DNA from: an uncultured bacterium
GTDB lineage: Bacteria; CSSED10-310; CAZUFC01
NCBI GenBank assembly: GCA_964619725.1
Contig: CAZUFC010000044.1
Coordinates: forward strand, 43,337 to 60,035
Direction of reading: 5' to 3'
DNA: 16,699 nucleotides
Part shown: positions 1 to 8,520 of the stretch, in pieces
Position numbering within the stretch: position 1 is the stretch's first letter
Layout of the letters: each line of letters starts with the position of its first letter
Position numbers and translations under genes: made by a program
Notes under the pieces: generated by a model
What the model saw: the letters and a program-made list of their open reading frames with translations, nothing else
The model's database searches: none
What the model was told of the DNA's origin: nothing

Positions 1-55
1 CAGGTTAAAGCGCTTATCTGATATAATTTCCACAGATTGTGATTTTCTTTTTATT

Positions 56-200
56 GGGACTGATCAAACCGGGGTTACAATTCTTCCGAATTTCACATCA
101 TTTTGTTTCGATTTCGATTATGATCCCGATACCAACCCCGATTAATCAAACAAACTGTCACAAGACTTGAAAAAAGTGTAACCCCGGTTTGATCAGTCCC
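56..200. mobile_element. MITE-like/REP-like 145-bp non-coding element, copy 1 (both ends intact)
   Basis: Perfect 24-bp inverted repeats GGGACTGATCAAACCGGGGTTACA (56-79) and TGTAACCCCGGTTTGATCAGTCCC (177-200) enclosing 97 bp; a diverged second copy lies at 16290-16431. No target-site duplication or transposase seen, so mobility is inferred only. Confidence 0.75.
106..141. repeat. Degenerate hexamer tandem array inside element copy 1
   Basis: Six consecutive 6-bp units: TTTCGA TTTCGA TTATGA TCCCGA TACCAA CCCCGA. Confidence 0.6.
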
Positions 201-237
201 GAATTCTAAACTGACGCCGTATGTTTAGTCCCGAATT
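195..237. repeat. 11-bp direct repeat AGTCCCGAATT flanking a small inverted repeat
   Basis: AGTCCCGAATT at 195-205 and 227-237; CTAAAC (206-211) pairs with GTTTAG (223-228). Confidence 0.65.
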
Positions 238-269
238 TTTTCTGTGAGTTCTGCGTTTATTAGCGGGAA

Positions 270-2351
270 TCACGGCAGTGAAATTCCCAGTTCGTGGAAA
301 ATGAATGCGAAAGAGTCAGCGTAGTCTTCTATTCTTTTTGATATGGGGGCTGTCAGTCCGTGACCGGCCCTTCTTTGCAGTTTAAAGATTATCGGATATT
401 TTGAGACGTTGGCTTGTTGCAGCTTTGCCGTCATTTTTTTCGCGTGCATGGTATCGACTCTCATATCCGAATCAGCCGTATCGATAAAAGTCGCTGGATA
501 ATGAGCGTTGGGAGTCACGTTATGATAAGGTGAATACTTTATCAGCCATTTGAAGTGTTCCGGGTTCTCGGGGTCGCCGTATTCGCCTATCCAGTATCGT
601 GCAACGGAATACTTGTGATAGCGTAGCATGTCCAGCACAGGCACCGAGCAGATAACGACGCGGAACAACTCTGGTCTCTGCGTCATGGCTGCGCCCACCA
701 GGAGCCCTCCGTTGCTGCCGCCCCTGGCCGCCAGTTTTTCGGGACGGGTATATTGATTTTCGATCAACCATTCTGCTGCGGCGATGTAGTCGTCGAATAC
801 GTTCTGCTTATTGCCCAGCATACCGGCTTTATGCCAGGATTCACCGTATTCGCTTCCGCCTCTCAGGTTCGGCACGGCGAAGACGCCGCCGATGTTCATC
901 CAGAATAAATTGACTTCGTTGTAGGCCGGGGTCAGGCTGATGTTGAATCCGCCGTACCCGGTCAGGATGGCCGGATTCTCGCCGTCCAGTTCAATGTCCT
1001 TCCGGTGACCTAAGAACATCGATATCGGCGTGCCGTCCTTGGACGGATACCAGACTTGTTTCACTTCAAAAGATTCAGGATCGAATTTGGGGTCTCTTCT
1101 GAACAGCAGGGTCAGGCTCCAGTCGTTCATGTCGATGCGGTAGGCCGTGGGCGGAATGTGGAAAGACTGGAATCCGAAAAACGCTTCATCTCCGTCGGTC
1201 CGGCCGTTGAGCGAATGAATGGAGCCGAACTCGCCCGGGCTTATTTTCCTTAAAAATTTTCCGTCCAGCGTATACGCTTTCAAAACGGAACAGGCGTTTT
1301 CCAGGAAAGTTACGAAGAGTTTCGATCCTATAATGCTGAATCCCTTTATAATCGTTTTTTCATTTTCCGGAAGAATTTCCGTCCAAAATTCCGGGGAAAA
1401 ATCGTTCCGGGTTAAGTCAATTCTTATGATCCTGTAATTCGGCGCATCAAGATTGGTCAACAAATATAAATCCTTATTGAATATTTCCCCCTGAAATACA
1501 GCATCTTCTCCTGTTATGACAGGTTTGAAGCTTTCATCCGAGTCTGTTTTTTTTACGAACACTTCCGATCTGTTTTCGGAGGGAATGAATATCAGTCCCA
1601 GTAAATATTCCCCTGTATTGGATTGTATGACTATTGGAATGTCGTTTTTCGCTATGCCTTCGCCGAAAATCAGTTCGTCGTCCTCCGGGTCGGTTCCCAG
1701 TTTATGATAATAAACTTTCTGGTAGTAATATTCATCTTGTTCGGGAACGGTCCCCGGTTTCGGATGTTTGGTGTAATAAAAACCGGAGTCGTCGGGGTCC
1801 CAGGATACGACGCTGTGTCGGGCGCCGGGAATAGTTTCATCCTCATATATGTGACCCGTATCGACGTTCATCAAATGCAGGTCGCTTTTCTCACTGCCTT
1901 TTTCGGATAAACCGAAAGCCAGGTATAAACCGGTCCTGGAAGCATACCACCAGTCGATGGATGTCGTTGAATCCTCGGTCAGAGGATTGGGATCGAATAG
2001 AACTCGTTCCCGGTCTTCCGTTTTTTTTCTCACCATCAACTGCGGCTGGTCCTGATCGGATCGCTGCATCATTCGAAAATAATAATCGCCTCTGGGTACA
2101 GGGACGCCCTCCCTCTCTTTTTTCAATAGTTCGGCGATGATGTTTTTCAATTCATTGCGTTGCTGAAATCGGGAAAGCGTCTGTTCCGTATAGGAATGCT
2201 GGCGTTCTATCCATTCTTCCACATTGGGGTCTCCGGCGTTTTCCAGCCACCGGTAAGGATCGACTATTTTTTCCCCGAAAAATTCCTCTTCCACAGGCTC
2301 AATTTTTGTTTCAGGAGGTATCGAAGCGCTGGTTTTTTCGTTGTTGTCCAT
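270..2351 (-). CDS. Prolyl oligopeptidase (peptidase S9A family), probably cytoplasmic
   Basis: 693 aa; N-terminal DPYRWLE, beta-propeller region, GYGGF, NLRGGSEYGESWH, catalytic Ser in GGSNGG, Asp in DSDMRV, His in AGHG; no signal peptide. Confidence 0.96.
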   Translation of the reverse strand: MDNNEKTSASIPPETKIEPVEEEFFGEKIVDPYRWLENAGDPNVEEWIERQHSYTEQTLSRFQQRNELKNIIAELLKKEREGVPVPRGDYYFRMMQRSDQDQPQLMVRKKTEDRERVLFDPNPLTEDSTTSIDWWYASRTGLYLAFGLSEKGSEKSDLHLMNVDTGHIYEDETIPGARHSVVSWDPDDSGFYYTKHPKPGTVPEQDEYYYQKVYYHKLGTDPEDDELIFGEGIAKNDIPIVIQSNTGEYLLGLIFIPSENRSEVFVKKTDSDESFKPVITGEDAVFQGEIFNKDLYLLTNLDAPNYRIIRIDLTRNDFSPEFWTEILPENEKTIIKGFSIIGSKLFVTFLENACSVLKAYTLDGKFLRKISPGEFGSIHSLNGRTDGDEAFFGFQSFHIPPTAYRIDMNDWSLTLLFRRDPKFDPESFEVKQVWYPSKDGTPISMFLGHRKDIELDGENPAILTGYGGFNISLTPAYNEVNLFWMNIGGVFAVPNLRGGSEYGESWHKAGMLGNKQNVFDDYIAAAEWLIENQYTRPEKLAARGGSNGGLLVGAAMTQRPELFRVVICSVPVLDMLRYHKYSVARYWIGEYGDPENPEHFKWLIKYSPYHNVTPNAHYPATFIDTADSDMRVDTMHAKKMTAKLQQANVSKYPIIFKLQRRAGHGLTAPISKRIEDYADSFAFIFHELGISLP

Positions 2352-2529
2352 TTTAGTAAACCCTTCCTTTCTTGTTTATCCCGCTAAAGAATAAACTTTG
2401 TCGAATTTACACAATGATCAGGCAGCGGTCAACATGCGGATGAGAGCTTCCGGATGGCGGAGGCTTTATGCATACTTTGGCCTGGGCGTCTGAAAACAGG
2501 AAAGCAATGATGCTCAATCATTAATAAAC

Positions 2530-2558
2530 TGGAAATAAGCTCTGAAAACGTATATAGT
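2530..2558 (+). promoter_or_regulatory. Possible sigma70-type promoter for the + strand gene run
   Basis: TGGAAA (2530-2535, 4/6 to TTGACA), 17-bp spacer, TATAGT (2553-2558, 5/6 to TATAAT) in the divergent intergenic region. Motif match only. Confidence 0.3.
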
Positions 2559-2669
2559 CAATGAGGGGATTAACCTGCTGTTGTTATCGCAGCGGCATGA
2601 TGTCCGCGTAAAACGGCTTGATGCCGTCAATTCTGAAATGCTGTGCCGTATTTGGAGATTAGATTATTA

Positions 2670-4235
2670 ATGAAAGAGGATGAAAAGAGACAAAGCGAAG
2701 AAGGTTTGTCGGAAGAGGAACTTCAGGACATTTTAAAACCGCCGTCGCGACGCCCGGGACTGATCATTTTTCTCATAGTAATTTTTTTGTCAGCGGTCGC
2801 CGGAGGGGTATATTATTATCTGGAGTATGGCAAAGAGGATATTGAGATAGTCACGGAGGTTGCCGAAGAGGAGGAGATGCCGTCGCCTGGGAAGCCCGAG
2901 CAAAGAGGTCTGAGGGTTTTAATTGAATCGCAGCCGTCCGGGGCCAATGTTTTTTGCAGGGGAAAGAAGTTGGGTGTAACGCCGCTGAATGCGACATTTC
3001 AGAAGAACAGCGGCGGGTATTTATATTGTTTGAAAGAGGGATACAGTGTTGAGAGTATGAGGATGTCATCGTCGGCGCTGGATAGGGGAACTGTGAAGTT
3101 GAAGCTTGAGCGGTTAAAAGAGCGGCGGGGAATTCGAGACGATCAGGATTGGAGGATGTTTCGGGGAAACGGCAATAATGCTGGAAGCGCTCAGTTAACA
3201 ATAAACGGTCGTTTGAAGCAGAAATGGGTGAAGGAGCTGGGCGGAGGCATGCTGGGAGCGGCGGCTGTGATGCGGGAAAAAATAATCGCCGGTTCCCGGT
3301 CGAATATTATTTCGGTTTTCGGAGCGGAAAATGGCGAACTGATATGGCAGGAAAGCGGAGGGACTGACGCTTCGCCTCTGGTGGACGGCAAGTATGTTTA
3401 TATAGGAGCCAATGATACGAATTTATATGCTTATCAGCTAGAGAAGGGCAAAAAGAAGGGGGAAGTGAATTTTTCGTCTTACCTGCAGGCATCACCGGTA
3501 ATTCAGGGAGAATATCTTTATCAGGTATCCTCAGACGGCGCTCTTTACGCTTTTACGCCAAAAGAACGGGTATTCGGCGGCATCGCTTTCAAAGAACGGT
3601 GGAAGTTTGATCCTGAAGGGACCAATCTGGATTGCACTCCATGCGTAAGTGAGGATTTCATTGCTGTCAATTCCCGGGACACGGCATTCGGGTTGGACGG
3701 AAAGGAGGGAAAGTTGCTTTGGAGCTTCAAGGGAAAGCCCGTCAATGTTTCTCAGGAGAACCTGCGAATACGGAGAGCGGAAGAAAGGTTTTTTAGCGCT
3801 TCGTGCACTGCGGATTCGGACAGGATATTTTTTCCGGCGCAAAGCGGGGTATTATATGCCCTTGAAAGGACCAGCGGTACAAAAATATGGGAATACGAAG
3901 GAAGGGGCAAAATCCATGCCGTCCCAGTAACGGCGGCGGGTTTAGTCATTGCTGTCTGGACTTCCGGCGATGCAGCGGCAATCGATGCGGAAGACGGACG
4001 TCTCGTGTGGAAAATAAACGTTAAATCACCCATCTATTCGTCTCCTTTGATGATTGGCGATGAGATGATTTTCGGCGCCGATAACGGCAATCTTTATCGC
4101 ATGAATATTTTTTCAGCAGTAATCGTTGAAAAGGTCGATCTGGGAGCTCCCGTCAGGTCATCGCCTTCCGCTGCTCATGATCTTCTCGTCGTCGGAACGA
4201 ATGACGGGTCATTGCATGTTTTTGATATTTCCTGA
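2670..4235 (+). CDS. Single-pass membrane protein with PEGA domain and PQQ-like (BamB-like) beta-propeller repeats
   Basis: Acidic N-terminus, hydrophobic helix LIIFLIVIFLSAVAGGVYYYL, PEGA-like VLIESQPSGANVFCRGKKLGVTPL...KEGY, then DWRMFRGN and repeated Trp-docking blades (AENGELIW, GKEGKLLW, RTSGTKIW, AEDGRLVW; SSP motifs). ATG 2670 preferred over GTG 2643 (GGAG at 2654-2657); start uncertain. Confidence 0.85.
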   Translation: MKEDEKRQSEEGLSEEELQDILKPPSRRPGLIIFLIVIFLSAVAGGVYYYLEYGKEDIEIVTEVAEEEEMPSPGKPEQRGLRVLIESQPSGANVFCRGKKLGVTPLNATFQKNSGGYLYCLKEGYSVESMRMSSSALDRGTVKLKLERLKERRGIRDDQDWRMFRGNGNNAGSAQLTINGRLKQKWVKELGGGMLGAAAVMREKIIAGSRSNIISVFGAENGELIWQESGGTDASPLVDGKYVYIGANDTNLYAYQLEKGKKKGEVNFSSYLQASPVIQGEYLYQVSSDGALYAFTPKERVFGGIAFKERWKFDPEGTNLDCTPCVSEDFIAVNSRDTAFGLDGKEGKLLWSFKGKPVNVSQENLRIRRAEERFFSASCTADSDRIFFPAQSGVLYALERTSGTKIWEYEGRGKIHAVPVTAAGLVIAVWTSGDAAAIDAEDGRLVWKINVKSPIYSSPLMIGDEMIFGADNGNLYRMNIFSAVIVEKVDLGAPVRSSPSAAHDLLVVGTNDGSLHVFDIS

Positions 4236-4280
4236 CATTGCTGCATGAGATGGAGGTTTCAGGAAAATATTCGGTCAGAG

Positions 4281-4309
4281 TTGATAAATTACCTATTTTG
4301 TATCATGAT
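4281..4309 (+). promoter_or_regulatory. Possible sigma70-type promoter upstream of the pilin genes
   Basis: TTGATA (4281-4286), 17-bp spacer, CATGAT (4304-4309). Motif match only. Confidence 0.3.
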
Positions 4310-4332
4310 GATCATTGAGGGAGGACATTATA

Positions 4333-4740
4333 ATGATGGCTTTAATTGGAAAAATTAAAAAAAGCGATGGCTCTTCTACCGGATTGAACATTGCGATTCT
4401 TTTGGTTCTGATCATAATCGTACTATTAGCGTGGAAAATCGGCTCGCCTCTCGTCAAAAGCATGATTATGGCGACGCACGTTGAGAAATTAGCGAATTAT
4501 GACACGGAAAACAGGTTGCGTCCTTTGCCGGAGTATGAGGTGCGCCAGTCCATAATAACGAAGGGGAAGGGTATGGGTATTCCTTTGAATGACGAAAACA
4601 TTGAAGTCAATATAAACGAAAGGATCATGAAGATAATCGTGAAATACAAGGCGGCGGTAAACCTTTTTTTATTTCAATTTGATTGGCCTTTTGTTATAGA
4701 AAAAGAGACGGAAAGATTCGTCGATAGGAGGCTGCGTTAA
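4333..4740 (+). CDS. Atypical pilin-like membrane protein (DUF4845-like)
   Basis: GGAGG at 4320-4324 favours ATG 4333; basic leader KIKKSDG, hydrophobic helix, then GIPLNDENIEV...IIVKYKAAVNLFLF resembling DUF4845 proteins; stop directly abuts the start of the pilin gene. Lacks F+1/E+5. Confidence 0.6.
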   Translation: MMALIGKIKKSDGSSTGLNIAILLVLIIIVLLAWKIGSPLVKSMIMATHVEKLANYDTENRLRPLPEYEVRQSIITKGKGMGIPLNDENIEVNINERIMKIIVKYKAAVNLFLFQFDWPFVIEKETERFVDRRLR

Positions 4741-5331
4741 ATGAATAAAAATAAAAGAAAAGGCTTCACTCTGATTGAGATCATTGTGGTCATAGCATGT
4801 ATAGCGTTATTAGCCGGCATCCTGGCGCCTCTGGTATTTAAGAATATTGAGGATGCGCGAATAGCGAAAGCGAGGTCGGACATCAAAGCTATTGCAGCCG
4901 GAATGACGCAATTTTATTCTGATGTGGGAAGCTGGCCCACCTGGAATGATTCGGGAGTAGCGGACACCATTTATCTGCTTTTTACCACTTCGGACGGCGT
5001 AACGCTGGACAATCCGCCGGGGGCTTATGTGCCGGCGGAGAATCAAAGGGACCCGATGGCGGATCATTTGATAAACAACAACCAGAATTATCCTGACTGG
5101 GATGCTGACGCGGGATTCGGCTGGAACGGTTCATATCTTGATTTCGACGGATTGGACCCCTGGGGGAACAGTTATCTGATAAGCGTAGTAGGATTTTTCG
5201 AGGAGGAAAACGATCCGCAGACAGATTTTACAGAGGTGTGGATTCTGTCCGCTGGCCCGGATGGGACCATGCAGACGTATGCCGATGAATCAGTCATTTC
5301 CGGAGACGATATAGGCATACGCATTAAGTGA
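4741..5331 (+). CDS. gspG: GspG-like major pseudopilin / type IV pilin-like protein
   Basis: Class III signal KRKG|FTLIEIIVV with E+5 and helix Pro; T2SSG motifs GWNGSYL, LDPWGNSY, SAGPDG and C-terminal GDDI. Confidence 0.85.
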   Translation: MNKNKRKGFTLIEIIVVIACIALLAGILAPLVFKNIEDARIAKARSDIKAIAAGMTQFYSDVGSWPTWNDSGVADTIYLLFTTSDGVTLDNPPGAYVPAENQRDPMADHLINNNQNYPDWDADAGFGWNGSYLDFDGLDPWGNSYLISVVGFFEEENDPQTDFTEVWILSAGPDGTMQTYADESVISGDDIGIRIK

Positions 5332-5559
5332 CGGGAATCCCGAAACAAATTGGCGGCGCCGGTCATATTTTTTACATGCGCAGGGTTGAAAGGGGCGCGT
5401 GCTGGGGGATTTTTTCTCAGTCTGACGATGTTAAAGTGCGATGCGCCGATTATGTTTTATTCTCCGGAGCTTTTTTTCAGGGGGATAAGCAGGAGCGGAG
5501 GAGTAAGTTGAGACACTATGGTGATCGAGGGTATAAGCTGCCGGGTGAAGGTATTAAGA

Positions 5560-7212
5560 ATGAGTAAAAGAAGTCTTGGTCAGATGCTGTTGAATGACGG
5601 AGTCATTTCCGGCGATCAGCTTGATATTGCTTTGAAAGAGCAGAAAAAGACGGGCGAACCGCTGGGAGAAGTTCTAATACGGCTGGGATTTGCGGGCGAG
5701 GAAGCTGTGGGTGAGAAGCTGGCGATTCAGGCTGATGTGGAATTTATTCGTCTGACGGACCGACGTATCGACCCTGAAGTCGCGTCATTAGTGCCGGAAT
5801 CTTTAGCCAGGCGTTTTCGGCTTGTTCCCGTGGCGAAAACAGATGAAGCCTTGACCGTAGCCATGGCGGATGTTTTCGATATAAAGGCCGTCGATCAGTT
5901 GACCCAGGAAGTCGGAATGAGCATACAGGCAGCCGCTGCATCGGAGACGGACATAGAGAAATGTCTGGAAAGGATTTATGCAGAAGATGAGTTTGACGAA
6001 CTGAAGGGTATTGAAACCGGGGGGAAGGAACCGAGGGCGAGGGAGACGGAAGAGGGGCCTATTGTAAGATTGGTGAATCGTCTGATTCATGAGGGATTGC
6101 AGCGGAGAGCGACGGATATTCATCTGGAGCCGGAAGAAAAGACGGTACGCACCCGTTACAGGCAGGACGGCATTTTGACGGCTGGTCCGACTTTGCCCAA
6201 GGAACAGCAGGCAGCCCTGATCAACCGCATCAAAATAATGTCCCGAATGAACATTTCCGAAAGCAGGCTTCCTCAGGACGGCCGCATCGATTTCAAGCTG
6301 GGCGCCAAGGAAACAGATATCCGCGTTTCGTCCTTTCCCACTATGTTCGGAGAGACGATAGTGATGAGGCTTTTAGACAGGTCACATTTGGTATTGGGAT
6401 TGGACAGGCTGGGATTGAATCCCGGGATTCTTGGCCGTTACCGGAAGCACATAAAAAGGGCCAACGGCATCATTTTAGTGACTGGACCTACGGGAGCCGG
6501 CAAGACGACGACGTTGTATTCAACGCTTCTGGAGATAAATTCTCTGGAGAAAAAAATAGTAACGATAGAAGACCCTATCGAATACCATTTTCCGATGATC
6601 CGGCAATCCCAGGTCAATCCCAAGGCAGGATGGACTTTCGCCGCAGGATTACGTTCTATTTTCCGTCAGGACCCGGACATCATTTTCGTAGGAGAAATAC
6701 GCGATTACGAAACGGTCGAAATGGCGATCAGGTCTTCATTAACAGGCCATCTCGTTTTCAGTACCCTGCACACCAATGATGCGCCCGGCGCAGTTACTCG
6801 ATTGCTCGACATGGGAGTGGAACCTTATTTGCTCTCTTCCACCTTGAGCGCCGTAATGGCTCAAAGACTCGTAAGAACGCTCTGTCCCAAGTGCAAACGA
6901 GCAGCAGACGTTTCGGTTATTCTGAGGGAAGAACTTGCTGCGAATGGAATCGAACGAATCCCGGATAAAATTTACGGAGCGGCGGGATGCGAAGAGTGCA
7001 TGAATACCGGTTACAAAGGCCGGATGGGTATTTTTGAACTGCTGGAGGTCTCAAAAACTGTCGGTTCGCTTATAAATAAATCAGCTCCCGCTGACGTCAT
7101 TCGCGATAATGCCCGTGAGGAGGGTATGCGGACCATGTATCAGGACGGGTTGCTGAAAATCGTGCAAGGTTTGACGACTCTCGACGAAGTATTAAGGGTG
7201 ACGAGTCAGTGA
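5560..7212 (+). CDS. gspE: GspE/PilB family extension ATPase with N-terminal MshEN-like domain
   Basis: Walker A GPTGAGKTT, Asp box TIEDPIE, Walker B IIFVGEIRD, His box TGHLVFSTLHTN, tetracysteine CPKC...CEEC, RLPQDGR; ATG 5560 (MSKRSLGQ) preferred over 5518 because family similarity begins there. Confidence 0.95.
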   Translation: MSKRSLGQMLLNDGVISGDQLDIALKEQKKTGEPLGEVLIRLGFAGEEAVGEKLAIQADVEFIRLTDRRIDPEVASLVPESLARRFRLVPVAKTDEALTVAMADVFDIKAVDQLTQEVGMSIQAAAASETDIEKCLERIYAEDEFDELKGIETGGKEPRARETEEGPIVRLVNRLIHEGLQRRATDIHLEPEEKTVRTRYRQDGILTAGPTLPKEQQAALINRIKIMSRMNISESRLPQDGRIDFKLGAKETDIRVSSFPTMFGETIVMRLLDRSHLVLGLDRLGLNPGILGRYRKHIKRANGIILVTGPTGAGKTTTLYSTLLEINSLEKKIVTIEDPIEYHFPMIRQSQVNPKAGWTFAAGLRSIFRQDPDIIFVGEIRDYETVEMAIRSSLTGHLVFSTLHTNDAPGAVTRLLDMGVEPYLLSSTLSAVMAQRLVRTLCPKCKRAADVSVILREELAANGIERIPDKIYGAAGCEECMNTGYKGRMGIFELLEVSKTVGSLINKSAPADVIRDNAREEGMRTMYQDGLLKIVQGLTTLDEVLRVTSQ

Positions 7213-7297
7213 GTCCGGCGGAGAACAGAGACGTTTTTCCGATTAATCCTGATTCGTTGCAAATGAACATAAACAGGTTGTTTTAAGATATAAGTTT

Positions 7298-8500
7298 ATG
7301 GCTGTTTACAGTTATACGGCGAAAGATCAAAACGGTCAAACCGTCAAAGGCGTTTTAAACGCCGATGATATGGACCATCTTTATCACCAGTTGTCGCAGA
7401 AGGGCGCCTTCCTGATCAAAGCCAGACCCAGAACCAGACTCTCCGATATAACGTTTGAGCGCATAACCAGAAAAGATTTAATCAGCTTTACCGTCCATCT
7501 TTCGACCATTTTTTCAGCATCAATCCCCCTGGACGTGGGATTAAAGGACGTGGCGGATCAAACGGAGAAGGAGAAGTTCAGGCGCATTATTGAAGATGTG
7601 GCGAAGAACGTGAGTGAAGGAGCGGCGTTGTCGGACGCGTTGAACAAGCATCCGAGAGTATTTTCCGAGCTTTACGTCAACATGATTGCGGCGGGTGAGG
7701 CGGGCGGCAATGTGGAAGAGGTGTTGAACGATCTGATCGATTTCATAGGATGGCAGGATGATTTGGCTGCGGACGTTAAGCAGGCTTTGGTTTACCCTCT
7801 GGTCATATTAGGCGCAGGCATATTATTGATCTTTTTTCTGCTGGCTTTCGTGCTGCCCAGGTTCCTTTTCGTTTTTCAGAAGGCAAAAGTCGTTTTGCCG
7901 TTGCCGACGCGTATACTGTTGTTCGTAAGTTCCTTTTTTGCTGAATACTGGCTGTTTATTGCGGCGGGCATGATAAGCGCGTTTTTTCTTTTTCGTTTCG
8001 TCATGTCGACGGAAAGGGGACGGTATTTCATCGACAGCGTTAAATTGAAATTACCCGTTTTCGGTTCCCTCATCCGCAAGATAGCCTTGTCCCGATTTTC
8101 CCATTACATGGGAACGTTGTTGAAAGCCGGGCTGGATATTATCGAAACGTTGTGGGTGGCGGAGCGCGTGATTGGGAATTCCGTCCTGGCCCGGATTATC
8201 CGTAATGCTCTTGTGCGCGTCAAGGAAGGCGAATCATTGTCTTATTGCCTGGAGCAAAGCGGTGAATTCCCGCCGCTTATCATAAGGATGCTGGCGATCG
8301 GGGAGAAGACGAGCAGCCTGGAAATGACCCTTGAAAAGGTCAGCAAACATTACGACAAGGAAGTCCCCTATACCATAAAAAAGATATTTTCCTTGCTGGA
8401 GCCGCTGCTGATTATTTTCCTGGGCTTGATCGTCGTGGGTATTGCCTTATCCATGTTTCTGCCTATGTATCAGATGATCAGGCTTATGTCTTTAAGCTGA
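7298..8500 (+). CDS. gspF: GspF/PilC family inner-membrane platform protein
   Basis: 400 aa; MAVYSYTAKD..G...KG start, HPRVFSELYVNMIAAGEAGG, ALVYP, LPLPTRILL, MLAIGEKT, LLEP and MFLPMY; three hydrophobic segments. Confidence 0.95.
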   Translation: MAVYSYTAKDQNGQTVKGVLNADDMDHLYHQLSQKGAFLIKARPRTRLSDITFERITRKDLISFTVHLSTIFSASIPLDVGLKDVADQTEKEKFRRIIEDVAKNVSEGAALSDALNKHPRVFSELYVNMIAAGEAGGNVEEVLNDLIDFIGWQDDLAADVKQALVYPLVILGAGILLIFFLLAFVLPRFLFVFQKAKVVLPLPTRILLFVSSFFAEYWLFIAAGMISAFFLFRFVMSTERGRYFIDSVKLKLPVFGSLIRKIALSRFSHYMGTLLKAGLDIIETLWVAERVIGNSVLARIIRNALVRVKEGESLSYCLEQSGEFPPLIIRMLAIGEKTSSLEMTLEKVSKHYDKEVPYTIKKIFSLLEPLLIIFLGLIVVGIALSMFLPMYQMIRLMSLS

Positions 8501-8520
8501 AGAGGGGGAGATGGACAAAT

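Noticed and set aside
270-2351. Prolyl oligopeptidase as a RiPP macrocyclase/leader peptidase
   Set aside because: No precursor peptide, modifying enzyme or transporter visible nearby; sequence looks like an ordinary S9A peptidase.
2670-4235. BamB or PQQ-dependent dehydrogenase
   Set aside because: No lipoprotein signal, has a TM anchor plus PEGA domain, and no dehydrogenase-specific features; only the propeller repeats are shared.
5332-5559. c-di-GMP riboswitch upstream of gspE
   Set aside because: Could not find the conserved GCAAA/GNRA tetraloop-receptor architecture by eye; an Rfam cmscan would be decisive.
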